Notes under the pieces: generated by a model | What the model was told of the DNA's origin: nothing | The model's input: only the letters and a program-made list of their open reading frames with translations | The model's database searches: none | Assembly (NCBI GenBank): GCA_965224485.1 | Contig: CBDCZH010000015.1 | Coordinates: 320,001-384,000, forward strand | Direction of reading: 5' to 3' | DNA from: Arcobacteraceae bacterium | Lineage (GTDB): Bacteria > Campylobacterota > Campylobacteria > Campylobacterales > Arcobacteraceae | Length of the DNA stretch: 64,000 nt | Program-made: the position numbers and the translations under genes | Shown here: in pieces, positions 31,480 to 41,964 of the stretch | Layout: every line of letters starts with the position of its first letter | Position numbering within the stretch: the stretch's first letter is position 1

Positions 31480-31917
31480 TTAAGATAATAAGTTCTTGTT
31501 TTTTGGATTCTTTGTAAAAATATTATGAGATTTTTCACTCTCTTTTTCATTAAACTTCTCAACTGTGGCAACTGGATTTACAAATAATATTGCATCACCT
31601 AATGCAAGTTGATAAACACTTGAATAAGGAACACTAAGAACAGATCCAAATCCTTCAGAACCAAAACCAGCTTCAAAGGTAAAATAATCATCATATAATT
31701 TTATACTAGTATATGTATAATTAGATAATACAAAAAGCGGGAATTTTGCTAAACTCTTATACAAAGGAGCTGGAAGTTCAGGTGAAAAGCTAAGAGCTTG
31801 CAAATTTGTACTTACTGAAAACTCTAAATCTTTGTTTAAAATAAAAGAAATTGTTTGTGCAATTTGTTTTGAAACTAAATTTTTATATTCAATATCTTCA
31901 ATTATATTCTTTATCAT
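31480..31917 (-). CDS. Conserved hypothetical protein
   Basis: Intact 145-aa ORF with SD; FEAGFG motif; function not recognised. Confidence 0.7.
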   Translation of the reverse strand: MIKNIIEDIEYKNLVSKQIAQTISFILNKDLEFSVSTNLQALSFSPELPAPLYKSLAKFPLFVLSNYTYTSIKLYDDYFTFEAGFGSEGFGSVLSVPYSSVYQLALGDAILFVNPVATVEKFNEKESEKSHNIFTKNPKNKNLLS

Positions 31918-31941
31918 TTAATATCCTATTATCTTATTTTT

Positions 31942-32598
31942 ATGCTATTATTAAGAATGAAAAAAGTTCTTATTTTTATATTTATTCTGCCATTTGCATT
32001 ATACTCAAAAAACTTAGTCTTTTTAGCTAAGGACATAAAAGTAATAAACTCTTCCCCTTATAAAAAGCAGATTCTTAAAAGAATAGAAAACTATGAAAAC
32101 CTTAAATACAAGATAAAAGATTTTTCAGTTATACGAAAACTGTCTCATATAAACAGTTTTTATAATAAAATTTTGCCACAAAATGATAAACAAAAATATG
32201 GAATAAACGATTTTTGGAGTACAAGAAAAGAGTTCTTAATAGCAGGAAAAGGTGACTGTGAGGATTATGCAATTGCAAAGTATTTTTCACTTATTGAAGT
32301 AGGTATTCCTAAAGAAAAACTTTATTTAGCAATAGTTAAAGTAAAAGGTGCCCCAAGTGATCATATGGTTTTATTTTATTTGAAAAATAAAAATACGATT
32401 CCTTTAGTAATAGATAATCTTAGTTTCAAAGTAGTTCCTTTAACTAAACGTAAAAAACTAGAACCAGTTGTAATTTTTAATGAAAATGATTCTTATGTTT
32501 TAAAAAACTCTTTTTTAAGTAAAAAAGTAAAAATCAATTGGGAAAATAATAATAAATGGGCAAAGCTTTTAGAAAAAGTTTATAAATATAACAGATAA
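31942..32598 (+). CDS. Transglutaminase-like cysteine peptidase (LapG/BTLCP family)
   Basis: GDCEDYAIAKY, HMVL and DN triad motifs. Confidence 0.9.
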   Translation: MLLLRMKKVLIFIFILPFALYSKNLVFLAKDIKVINSSPYKKQILKRIENYENLKYKIKDFSVIRKLSHINSFYNKILPQNDKQKYGINDFWSTRKEFLIAGKGDCEDYAIAKYFSLIEVGIPKEKLYLAIVKVKGAPSDHMVLFYLKNKNTIPLVIDNLSFKVVPLTKRKKLEPVVIFNENDSYVLKNSFLSKKVKINWENNNKWAKLLEKVYKYNR

Positions 32599-33152
32599 TC
32601 TTCTATAATATCCATTCCAATCATTGCATTTAATAAGGCTATTTTTTTAGCTTCTTGTAACATTTTAAGGCTAATATCTTTTTCAAATATTTCACCTTTT
32701 TCTAATAATCTTGCTCTTGTAGTTCCTTCTAAAAGAGGTGTTTTAGGAGTAATCCATGAAGTTCCATCATAAATTGCTATATTTGCTATTGAGGTATCAC
32801 TTATAAAAGAATTTTTAATTATTATAATTTCATTAGCATTTTTCTTTTTAGCATAAAGCTTATTTATTTCATCTCTGTTTTGAGCTTTTTTATCATAAAA
32901 TATATTATCATCATAAAGTATTTTAAACGATTTTATCTCTTTTTTTTCATACTTAGAAAATATTACTTCTTCTATTCCTTCATTTGAATATAGTACCTTG
33001 CATTTCAATAACTCTTTTGAAGGAGGATAAATATATTCATTTAAATACAAATTTATACCAATTGTTTTAGCTACTCTTTTATTATGATAAGTTAAATTAC
33101 ATACTTCATAATCATTACATTTTATAGTTTCAAAATATATTTCTTTTTCCAA
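32580..33152 (-). CDS. pabC: Class IV aminotransferase family, probable aminodeoxychorismate lyase
   Basis: DTSIANIA, TPLLEGTTR; near pabB. Confidence 0.75.
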   Translation of the reverse strand: MEKEIYFETIKCNDYEVCNLTYHNKRVAKTIGINLYLNEYIYPPSKELLKCKVLYSNEGIEEVIFSKYEKKEIKSFKILYDDNIFYDKKAQNRDEINKLYAKKKNANEIIIIKNSFISDTSIANIAIYDGTSWITPKTPLLEGTTRARLLEKGEIFEKDISLKMLQEAKKIALLNAMIGMDIIEDYLLYL

Positions 33153-33221
33153 AATTATCTCTTTTATTTTAAATCTTAGTATTCTTGTTATAATAGCAAA
33201 AAAAACTAGCTTGGAAATAAA

Positions 33222-33992
33222 TTGATTGAAATAAATAAAACTTTAGCAAAATATGAAAACTTTGATGATACTTATAAATATGCTTTTATAGGAATTCCAA
33301 AAGGCTGTGGGGGACTTAAATCAGCTTTTTTTGGAACACTAGATACATTTAAAAAAGCATATCCAAACTTTATATGTAAAGAGAGTTTAAATACAATTTT
33401 TTATATGCATGGTTCTATTGGTTTATCAAAAGGAGAAGTATTTAGAAAATGGTTTGTGCAAGATGGTAACTTTATATTTTTTGCGCCTAACTCTTTTAAG
33501 ATTAAAAATAGACCTACATATAAAAGTCCAGCTAAAATTTCACAATATCAAAAAGTTCATAAACTTAGACAGGCTGAAATTTATTACTCTTTGAAAAAAC
33601 TAAAAGAACTTAATTTCATAGATAAAAAGAAAATGTTTTTAATGGGTAATTCAGAAGGTGGATTAGCTGCCGCTTATTATAAAGGAAAAGAATTTAAAGC
33701 TAGAATTGTTACTGCTTTTTCATGTGAAGATGCTTATTATTCACAAGATTTTAAAATAGGTGCTAGAAAAAAAGATCCTTTTCTAAATATTATAGGAACA
33801 CATGACGAGTATTTTTCAAATGAATCGAAAACAAATCAAAACTATGAAGTTGAAGGTCATGGAACAAAAGCATTATTAAAATTTAAAAACGCGAAAATCA
33901 TCATACTTGCTCAAACTAAACATGATTTAACTCTTAATGCATACGTCAAAGAAGATATTATAAATTTTGTGAAATTTTGGACTAAGGATTAA
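33222..33992 (+). CDS. Alpha/beta hydrolase (dienelactone hydrolase-like)
   Basis: MHGS and GNSEGG nucleophile elbow. Confidence 0.8.
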   Translation: MIEINKTLAKYENFDDTYKYAFIGIPKGCGGLKSAFFGTLDTFKKAYPNFICKESLNTIFYMHGSIGLSKGEVFRKWFVQDGNFIFFAPNSFKIKNRPTYKSPAKISQYQKVHKLRQAEIYYSLKKLKELNFIDKKKMFLMGNSEGGLAAAYYKGKEFKARIVTAFSCEDAYYSQDFKIGARKKDPFLNIIGTHDEYFSNESKTNQNYEVEGHGTKALLKFKNAKIIILAQTKHDLTLNAYVKEDIINFVKFWTKD

Positions 33993-34027
33993 ACCTTAGC
34001 CAAAACATTTGTATACTAATCTATTTT

Positions 34028-35065
34028 TTACTTTTTTGATTTTTTACTAACAAAAACTTTAGCCACTTCTTTTGCATATTGTAATTCAGTTGTAATACCA
34101 ACACAAGAACAATTTATTTCAGATAAAACATATTTATCACTACCGTCTTTATTGTAATCTAAAATATAATCCATAGTCCATAAAAGAGGAAAGTTTTGTC
34201 CATTTAAATACTGTTTTAAATCTTTTAAACCATTCATTGTTAAAGTAACTACTTCTTTCCATTTTGGATCTTCTGGAGATTCATATTTATATTTTGCTCC
34301 TGAGAATAAAGTTGCAGAGAATTCACCCTCTTGTGGTTTTTTATGAACAACAGAAATTGCCTTATCATTTACTAATAAAACTCTAATCTCACCTTCTTTA
34401 ATTCGCTCTAAATATCTACAACCAACAAAACCAGTTTTTCCTTGAAAATAAGCAGCATATTCAGATACTGTTTCATCAAAATTTGGCTCAAATTTATGTA
34501 AGAATTCATTAATATCATCATAATAGTATTTTTGATTATTTACAGCTTCAACTGAGAAAATAGAACCATCTTCTTTTTTAGATACTAAATAAACACCCTC
34601 ACCTGTTGAACCATAATTTGTTTTTAAAACTCTTATTCCATGTTTGTCTAAATCAGATGGAAATCTTGTAGCGAAATCTGTATAAGTGTGATAAAAATAT
34701 GTTTCTTCATCACCTAGAGGTGTATTTTTTAACTTAGCTAAGATATCTTTAAAATCAAGATTTATCATAACATCTGGATGAGTATGAATTTGAACTCCAG
34801 CATTTCCTAGGGCTTTTAAAAATTGAAAATACTCATCAACCTCTTTTAAGTTTCCTGGATTGATTCTTGAGATAACTGCAACTGCTTTTTCTTTAAGATA
34901 TTCTAGTAAGTCATACTTTCTATTTGGTCTATAAAAAACTATTTCAGTTTTATAAGATGTTGCATCTTCAATTGCGTCTAAAATTGGTTTAGTATCTCCT
35001 CTAAAACCATCAAAACCTTTATCTGTACCTTTAGCGTATTCTATAACAAAAACTGTATTCTTCAT
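34028..35065 (-). CDS. Cj0069-family ATP-grasp protein
   Basis: SRINPG, STGEG, EGEIR, FSATLFSGA and EINCSCVG motifs. Confidence 0.8.
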   Translation of the reverse strand: MKNTVFVIEYAKGTDKGFDGFRGDTKPILDAIEDATSYKTEIVFYRPNRKYDLLEYLKEKAVAVISRINPGNLKEVDEYFQFLKALGNAGVQIHTHPDVMINLDFKDILAKLKNTPLGDEETYFYHTYTDFATRFPSDLDKHGIRVLKTNYGSTGEGVYLVSKKEDGSIFSVEAVNNQKYYYDDINEFLHKFEPNFDETVSEYAAYFQGKTGFVGCRYLERIKEGEIRVLLVNDKAISVVHKKPQEGEFSATLFSGAKYKYESPEDPKWKEVVTLTMNGLKDLKQYLNGQNFPLLWTMDYILDYNKDGSDKYVLSEINCSCVGITTELQYAKEVAKVFVSKKSKK

Positions 35066-35324
35066 TGTTTCTCCTTAAATATTGAGCGCATTATATTATA
35101 TTTAAAATTAAAATTAATTTAAATTTAAATTTTGTTTTAAGTTTTATATTGCAATAATAGAGGTTTTTCTTTTTCTAGAATTTATTTTATTTTAACTAGA
35201 CATTATTTTATAATGCTTTGGTAACATTTTAGGTACATTTATGTATAAGAAATATTTATTATAAAAGAATTGTAAAAAAATAATTTATGAGCTAAAAAAA
35301 GTTTGAAATTTGAAGATTATTTTA

Positions 35325-36276
35325 CTAAAAAGGAAGATAAATTTTATCTAAAAGTTCTTGATATTCAAAAAAGGCATTAGAATCAGAAGTAATTCCTCCT
35401 CCGCTTTTATAAAAGAGTTTATCTTTCTCTTTTTGAATGAATCTAATTAGCACACTAGAATCTAATGTTTTGCCATCATATACGCCAAATACACCAGTAT
35501 AAAAATCCCTATCATAGTTTTCTATATCTGAGAGTATTTCAATGGTTTTTTTCTTAGGACAGCCAGTTATTGAACCAGCAGGAAGAAGTGAAGATAAAAT
35601 TGTTCCGATATTTTCATGCCAAGAAGAGTCTAGGGTTCCTGAGATTTTGGAACTAGCTTGAAATAATTTTTTATTTCCAGCATTTATTTTATCAATATAT
35701 CTAAACTTATTTACTTTTACATCTTTTGCAAAAATACTTAAGTCGTTTCTTAATAAGTCGACAACCATAGTGTGTTCTGCAATCTCTTTTATATCACCTA
35801 AGAGTTTTGTTTTTGCATTAGGTAAAGAGGCATCAATGGTGCCTTTCATTGGATAAGTTGATATTTTATTTTTTTTTAATTTGAATAAATCTTTCAGGAG
35901 AAAAAGAGACAAATTCATCTTTAAACTTTAGTTTAAATTTTGAATTTGATTTCTCAAAAATTTCATCTAAACTATAAGAAGTATCAATTCTGCTTTTAGC
36001 GGTAAGATTTAGTAAGTATGCATTTCCTGCTTTAATATTATTATAAACTGCATTGAATTTTTTTTCATACTCATCAAAAGATAAGGGATATTTTTTTAAT
36101 TCATGAATTTTACTATTTTTTAAAACAAAATCTTTATTTATACTATATTTTATGCAAGAAGGTAAATCTTTTAATGTACTTATATAATACTTTGAACAAT
36201 CATAAGATATAAGAAAAAAAAATGGCTCTTTTTTTGAGCCATAAAAATTAAGTATGTTTATTAGTTTTGTATTCAA
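35325..36276 (-). CDS. pabB: Aminodeoxychorismate synthase component I, split by an extra A (T9 at 35869-35877)
   Basis: SPERF in the first ORF; PMKGT, EHTMVVDLLRNDL, PAGSITG, SGGGIT in the second. Confidence 0.9.
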
Positions 36277-36282
36277 AAAATA

Positions 36283-37158
36283 TTATTTTATTAATTTATT
36301 TAAAATTGCCATTCTAATAGCAACACCATTTGTGACCTGCTCTAAGATTTTATTTCTCTTATCTTTTAACATTTCATCACTTATATCAACATTTCTATTA
36401 ACAGGCCCTGGGTGTAATAATAAAATATCACGAGAACCAAAAGTATCTTTAGTAATACAATAATCTTTTGCATACTCATTAATTGATTCAAAAAAGACTT
36501 CATTATGTCTCTCAAGTTGTGTTCTTAAACTCATTACAATATCAAGTTCATCTATTACTTCACTTATATGGTCATATTGTTTAAACTCATTGCTTTTACT
36601 TTTAAAACAATCAGGAGCAACAAAAACAAGGTCAAGTCCAAATCTTGGCAATAACTCTTTATTTGAACCTGCAACGCGGGAAGTACTTACATCTCCAACA
36701 ATTGCAATTTTTTTACCCTTTATTTCACCCTTAAAATGTTCTTTTATTGTAAATAAATCTAATAAAGCTTGAGTAGGATGAGCATTTGTTCCATCACCTG
36801 CATTTATTATTGGACATGATACATGTTCAATCAAACTTCCAGGAAGTCCACATTGTGAATGTCTTATAATAATAGCATCAGGTTTCATAGCATTTATATT
36901 AGCAACAGTATCAAAAATAGTTTCACCCTTGCTTCTTGAACTAGTTCCTACATCTAAAGATACAACTTGAGCACCTAATCTTTTTGCAGCAATTTCAAAA
37001 GCAGATCTAGTTCTTGTAGAATTTTCAAAAAATAGTGTTACTATTAATTTATCTCTTAAAGAATTATTTGAACTCAAATCTAAAAATATTTTAGCTTCTG
37101 TGAAAAGCTCCAGAATTTCCTCATTTGTAAAATCAGAAGTAGTAATTAAATGCTGCAT
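36283..37158 (-). CDS. pyrB: Aspartate carbamoyltransferase catalytic subunit
   Basis: FFENSTRT, HPTQ, HPGP; start MQHLIT after AAGGA. Confidence 0.97.
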   Translation of the reverse strand: MQHLITTSDFTNEEILELFTEAKIFLDLSSNNSLRDKLIVTLFFENSTRTRSAFEIAAKRLGAQVVSLDVGTSSRSKGETIFDTVANINAMKPDAIIIRHSQCGLPGSLIEHVSCPIINAGDGTNAHPTQALLDLFTIKEHFKGEIKGKKIAIVGDVSTSRVAGSNKELLPRFGLDLVFVAPDCFKSKSNEFKQYDHISEVIDELDIVMSLRTQLERHNEVFFESINEYAKDYCITKDTFGSRDILLLHPGPVNRNVDISDEMLKDKRNKILEQVTNGVAIRMAILNKLIK

Positions 37159-37374
37159 TTTAGTCCTTATTTTATTTCTGATTTTAGCAAAAAGCTCTTT
37201 AAAAAACATATAATTTAAAAGTATAAATAAATTTAATTTTTTTAGGTCATAAATAATTTACTAAAATAATATATTTATATTTATTTTATATTTTATAATA
37301 AAAAGCCTAGTAACCATTAATTCTTTGTTTATTATTTTTGATATAATCTTATTTATACATAAAAAGGTTTTAAA

Positions 37375-38560
37375 ATGAATATAGAAGAACTTGATAAAAA
37401 ATATGTACTTAATACTTATGCTAGAAATTATGTAAACTTTACAAAAGGTATTAATGCAACATTAATTGATGATACAAATAAAGAGTATATAGATTTTGCA
37501 GCTGGAATTGCTGTTGTTTCAGTAGGTCATGGAAATAAAAGAGTTGCAGATGCAATTTACAAACAAGTATCCAATATAACTCATGTTTCAAATCTTTGGG
37601 CAATAGAACCTCAAGCTCTTTTAGCTAAAAAAACTACATGAATTAAGTACTTATGATATAGCTACTTTTTTTGCAAACTCAGGAGCTGAAGCTAATGAAG
37701 GAGCTATTAAAATAGCTAGAAAATATGGTGAAACTAAATTTGAGAATAAAAAATATAAAGTTATTACTCTTACTCACTCTTTTCACGGAAGAACAATTAC
37801 AACTGTAAAAGCTTGTGGGCAAAAGAAGATGCACAGTGATAACTTTTCACCCTACCCTGATGGTTTTTCTTATACTCATTATTTAAAAGATATTTATACC
37901 GCAATTGATGATGAAACAGTGGCTGTTATGATTGAGCTTGTTCAAGGTGAAGGCGGAGTTCAACCAATGGATAAAAAAGAAGTTCAAGACTTAGCAAAAC
38001 ACTTAAAACAAAAAGAAATTTTACTTATTATTGATGAAGTTCAAACAGGAGTTTACAGAACAGGTGAGTTCTTAGCTTCAAATTTATATGAAATACAACC
38101 TGATATTATTACTTTAGCAAAAGGTCTAGGTGGTGGTGTTCCAATTGGAGCAGTTATGACTACACTTAAAGACATATTTAGCCCAGGTGATCATGGTTCT
38201 ACTTTTGGTGGAAATTACCTTTCTTGTACAGCTGCTTTAGAAGTTTTAGCCATTTTAGAGGAAGATAAAAATTCTGGTTCTTTAGATGAAACAATAATTT
38301 ATTTTAATACTAAACTAAAAGAGCTTTATGAAAAGAATACAGATATTTTTACAAAAGAAGTAGGATTAGGATTAATTAGAGGGTTAAGAGTAATAGACGA
38401 TTCAACACTTGAGAAGATAGTTAATAACTCTTTTGATGAAGGTTTATTAGTACTAAAAGCAGGAAAACATACCTTAAGATTTGTACCTCCTTTAACTATT
38501 AGTAAAGAAGAGATAAATAAAGGTTTTAAGAGGTTAGAAAATGCAATATCTAAGATTTAG
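37375..38560 (+). CDS. argD: Acetylornithine aminotransferase, split by an extra A at 37627-37633
   Basis: DFAAGIAV...GH, then in the +1 frame NSGAEANE, SFHGRT, DEVQTG, TLAKGLGGG, HGSTFGGN. Confidence 0.9.
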
Positions 38561-39713
38561 TTTACTTCTTTGTATTTTATTTAACCAAGCACTTTTTGCA
38601 AAAGATGAGGATATTTTATCAAAAAGTAGGTTGCAAATATTTACTTATGATGAAAAGAAAAATAATGAAGATAGTGCAAGGTTAAGAAAAGATTGGATTA
38701 ATCCAATTATGTATTCTTATTCTAAGAATTATACTGACCTTTATGATACATCAAAATCTAAGATTTCTATATCTCAGCCTATTTTTAAAAGTGGTGGAAT
38801 TTTTGCAGCAATTTCTTATGCTAATTCTTTGCAAAAATATTCACACTTAGCAATAAACTTGCAAAAGAAAGCTATGATTAAAGATGCAACTACTACTCTT
38901 TTTAATATTAATAAAATTGATTTATCTATAAAAAAACAAGAACTTCTTTTAAAAAATGCCAATATTGATGTGCAAAGAAAAAAAGAACAAGTATTTAATG
39001 GTTTTTTAGATACTTCATATTTAGATAATGCTATTTTAGCTGCTAATACAAATAGTAACTTATTGGCTGAATTAAAATATCAAAAGTTTGAGCTAATAAA
39101 TGCTTTTTCAAATCTAGCAAGTGCAGATTATAAAAGTTTTGTACTTCCTGTTTTAAGTCTAATACAAGAAGATGAATATCTTAATAAGAATATACTAATT
39201 AAACAATCAGCTTATGACATAAAAAGTAAATACCAATTTAAAAATATGACTCAAGCTAGATATCTACCAACATTTAATTTAAATTATGATTATACAAAAT
39301 ACCATGAGATAGATAATAACAAAGCTTTAAATAAAGATGGAATTAAAACATATGGTTTTAGCATACAAATACCTCTTGATGTTAGAACTTTTAATGAAAT
39401 ACAAAGTTCTAAACTTTCATATTTAAAAGCAAAAGTTAATAAAGAAAATCTTATTTTAGAGCAAAAAAACTATTTTAATTCAAAAAAAGCAAAAATTGTT
39501 ATGTTAGAAGAAAAAACTGTTATTGCCAAAAGTGATTATAAACTATATAACTCTTTATTAGCTACTATTAGTGAAGAACAAGGCGCAGGATTAAAAACCC
39601 AAAGTGATGTTGATACCTTAAAAAATTCGCAAAAAATAAAAGCCCTAGAAATTAAGATACTTAACTACGACAAACAAATAGAATTATTAGATTTATACGC
39701 ATATATAAACTAA
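38541..39713 (+). CDS. TolC family outer-membrane efflux protein
   Basis: Signal peptide; ISQPIFKSGG and YLPTFNL strands between coiled coils. Confidence 0.75.
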   Translation: MQYLRFSLLLCILFNQALFAKDEDILSKSRLQIFTYDEKKNNEDSARLRKDWINPIMYSYSKNYTDLYDTSKSKISISQPIFKSGGIFAAISYANSLQKYSHLAINLQKKAMIKDATTTLFNINKIDLSIKKQELLLKNANIDVQRKKEQVFNGFLDTSYLDNAILAANTNSNLLAELKYQKFELINAFSNLASADYKSFVLPVLSLIQEDEYLNKNILIKQSAYDIKSKYQFKNMTQARYLPTFNLNYDYTKYHEIDNNKALNKDGIKTYGFSIQIPLDVRTFNEIQSSKLSYLKAKVNKENLILEQKNYFNSKKAKIVMLEEKTVIAKSDYKLYNSLLATISEEQGAGLKTQSDVDTLKNSQKIKALEIKILNYDKQIELLDLYAYIN

Positions 39714-39770
39714 ACTTTTTCATATAAAATTAAGAAAAGAGTATAAATTTCTTTTCTTAATTTTTTCTTT

Positions 39771-40950
39771 CTACTTATAACATCTATAAATGATATAAAC
39801 TACAAATAGCATTGCTAAAAACTCAAATATAAACATTGCTTCATAAGATATATTTGAAACTATTAGTCCAGCAAAAATAGCTGAAATTATTCTAGTAAAA
39901 GAGAAAATACTTGACTGAATTGCATAATCAACTGCTCTTTGGCTTGGTCTTGAATAATCCATCATCAATGAGAAAATAATACAAGAAGAAAAAGCAATCG
40001 ATATAGCAGTAAAAGTAATTGCTACAAGCAATAAACTTCTTGTAAGTTCATAATGTTCAATAAAAACAAGAAGAAGTACACAAAATAAACTACACATAGC
40101 AAAACTCAGTAATACTACTTTTTTTACTTAGTTTTCTTAATATAATACTAGCTAGGAGTGAGGATATAAAACCTATAATGCTTCCATATATTCCTACATA
40201 AATAGCAACCTCATCAGCTTTTATACCCTTACTTATTAAATATGGTTTCATAAAAATCCATACAGCACTTATAAATGCAAAATAAAAAGCTAAGATAAAT
40301 ATCCAAATACTTATATCTTTTTGTTTAAAAAATGAGCCTATACTTTTTAAAGATATTTTTTCTTTTTTTACTTCTTCATCACTCTCTTTTATAAAAACTA
40401 AGATAAATAAAGAACTTAAAACAAGTAAAGACATAATGATAAACGTATTACTCCATCCAAGGTGATTATAAAAGAGCAAGAACACACCTCCACCTAAGAT
40501 TCCTGCTATAAAATAAGAGCTAGACTTATAAGAACCTGCTTGCAATCTTTCTTCTTTAGTAAATACTTTTATGGCTAAAGCATTTAAAGGAATATCAATA
40601 AAAGTTGATATAAAAGTAGTTAACATCACAAAGAGAAAAACTATATAAAAGTTGTTTTCTAAAGATAAGAAACTTAAAGTAAATAGAAGTATAGAATAAA
40701 CTATACCTATACCAAGTATCCATTTTTTATAATGGTTCTTTTTAAATACATAAGTATCAATAGGAGGAGAAAGTAAGAACTTAATAACAGCTGGCAAACC
40801 AACTATTTGAAATATACCTATAAGAGAAGAACTGAATCCCTTAATTTGAAGTATCATTGGAAGCCCCAGCATAAAAAACAAAAAAGGGGCTAAAAAGGAA
40901 CTATATAAGACTACAAATAAAATATTCTTCTTAAGTAAAGTTATATTCAT
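39771..40950 (-). CDS. MFS permease (AmpG/RhtX/FptX-like), split by an extra A (T7 at 40119-40125)
   Basis: KFLLSPPID...KKWI, DIPLNALA; joins the 39771 ORF if A7 is A6. Confidence 0.8.
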
Positions 40951-40954
40951 TTCT

Positions 40955-41953
40955 CTACTTTTTAGCAATATGTATTTGTGTATTTGTCATTGGAAAAACA
41001 GAAGTCTTAAAAGAATTTATACTCTTAAAACCAGTTTCTTCAAAAATATTTGATAATTCATTTGGTTTTAATATCTGTCTTCCTTGAAGATTTAAACCTA
41101 AAAAATAAAAGAAACTATCTTCATATTCGTTTATTTCTTCTCCTATTTCTACATGAGCACTAAGTAAAATTCCATTTGGCTTTAAAGCTTTATATATTTT
41201 TTTAATAACTTCATCTTTATTATCTAAAAAGTAAAAAATATTGCTGCACCAAATTAAATCATAATTAGATCCAATATCATCTGTTTGTATATTACCACTT
41301 AAGACTGATACTCTATTTTCTAAACCATACTCTTTTATACTCTCTAAAGCAGTATTTGTAACTAAAGGAAAATCAAATAATACAGCTTGTATATTTTTAT
41401 TTGCTTTTGCTATTTCTAGTCCTAACACACCAGATGAGCAACCAAGATCTAAAATTTTTTCCATTGAGTCAAAGTTTTTTAAATCTTTTACTATACTTAC
41501 AACATCTTTACTTAAAAGATTTTTTTGCTCTTGTTTTAAAAAGTTTTTTGAAACACTTGCCCATTTTTGAGGTATTTTTGTTTTAGCTATGTCTTTATCT
41601 CCTTTTAGTACTAATTCATTCATAGCTTTTCTGCCATTAGTTAACATCTCTTTCCTATGCATGAAAACATCCCCACAATAGCTATCCAAGCCATATAAAA
41701 AATAATCTTTAGTAATCTTTTCATTTTTATAAAAATCCTTATTATCTTTAGATATAAGACCTATCATTACTAAAGATTCTAAAAGTATTTTTGTATTCTT
41801 AGAGTCGGTTTCTAGCTCTTTTACTAATACACTTAAACTCATATTCTTTTTTTCTAAAAACATAAATAGTTTTAATTTTAAAGCAATCGCCAAAACCTCT
41901 GTTTTATTTTGTTCTAGTAACATTTTTAAATATTTATTAATTCCATTTTCCAT
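40955..41953 (-). CDS. SAM-dependent methyltransferase (O-methyltransferase-like)
   Basis: N-terminal winged-helix dimerisation region; ILDLGCSSG, FDFP, YDLIWCS. Confidence 0.85.
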   Translation of the reverse strand: MENGINKYLKMLLEQNKTEVLAIALKLKLFMFLEKKNMSLSVLVKELETDSKNTKILLESLVMIGLISKDNKDFYKNEKITKDYFLYGLDSYCGDVFMHRKEMLTNGRKAMNELVLKGDKDIAKTKIPQKWASVSKNFLKQEQKNLLSKDVVSIVKDLKNFDSMEKILDLGCSSGVLGLEIAKANKNIQAVLFDFPLVTNTALESIKEYGLENRVSVLSGNIQTDDIGSNYDLIWCSNIFYFLDNKDEVIKKIYKALKPNGILLSAHVEIGEEINEYEDSFFYFLGLNLQGRQILKPNELSNIFEETGFKSINSFKTSVFPMTNTQIHIAKK

Positions 41954-41964
41954 TATAATCCTTA

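Noticed and set aside
38541..39713. TolC-like gene without an adjacent MFP/RND partner, suggesting the iron region inserted here
   Set aside because: No att site, direct repeat or integrase is visible at the junction, and stand-alone TolC genes are common.
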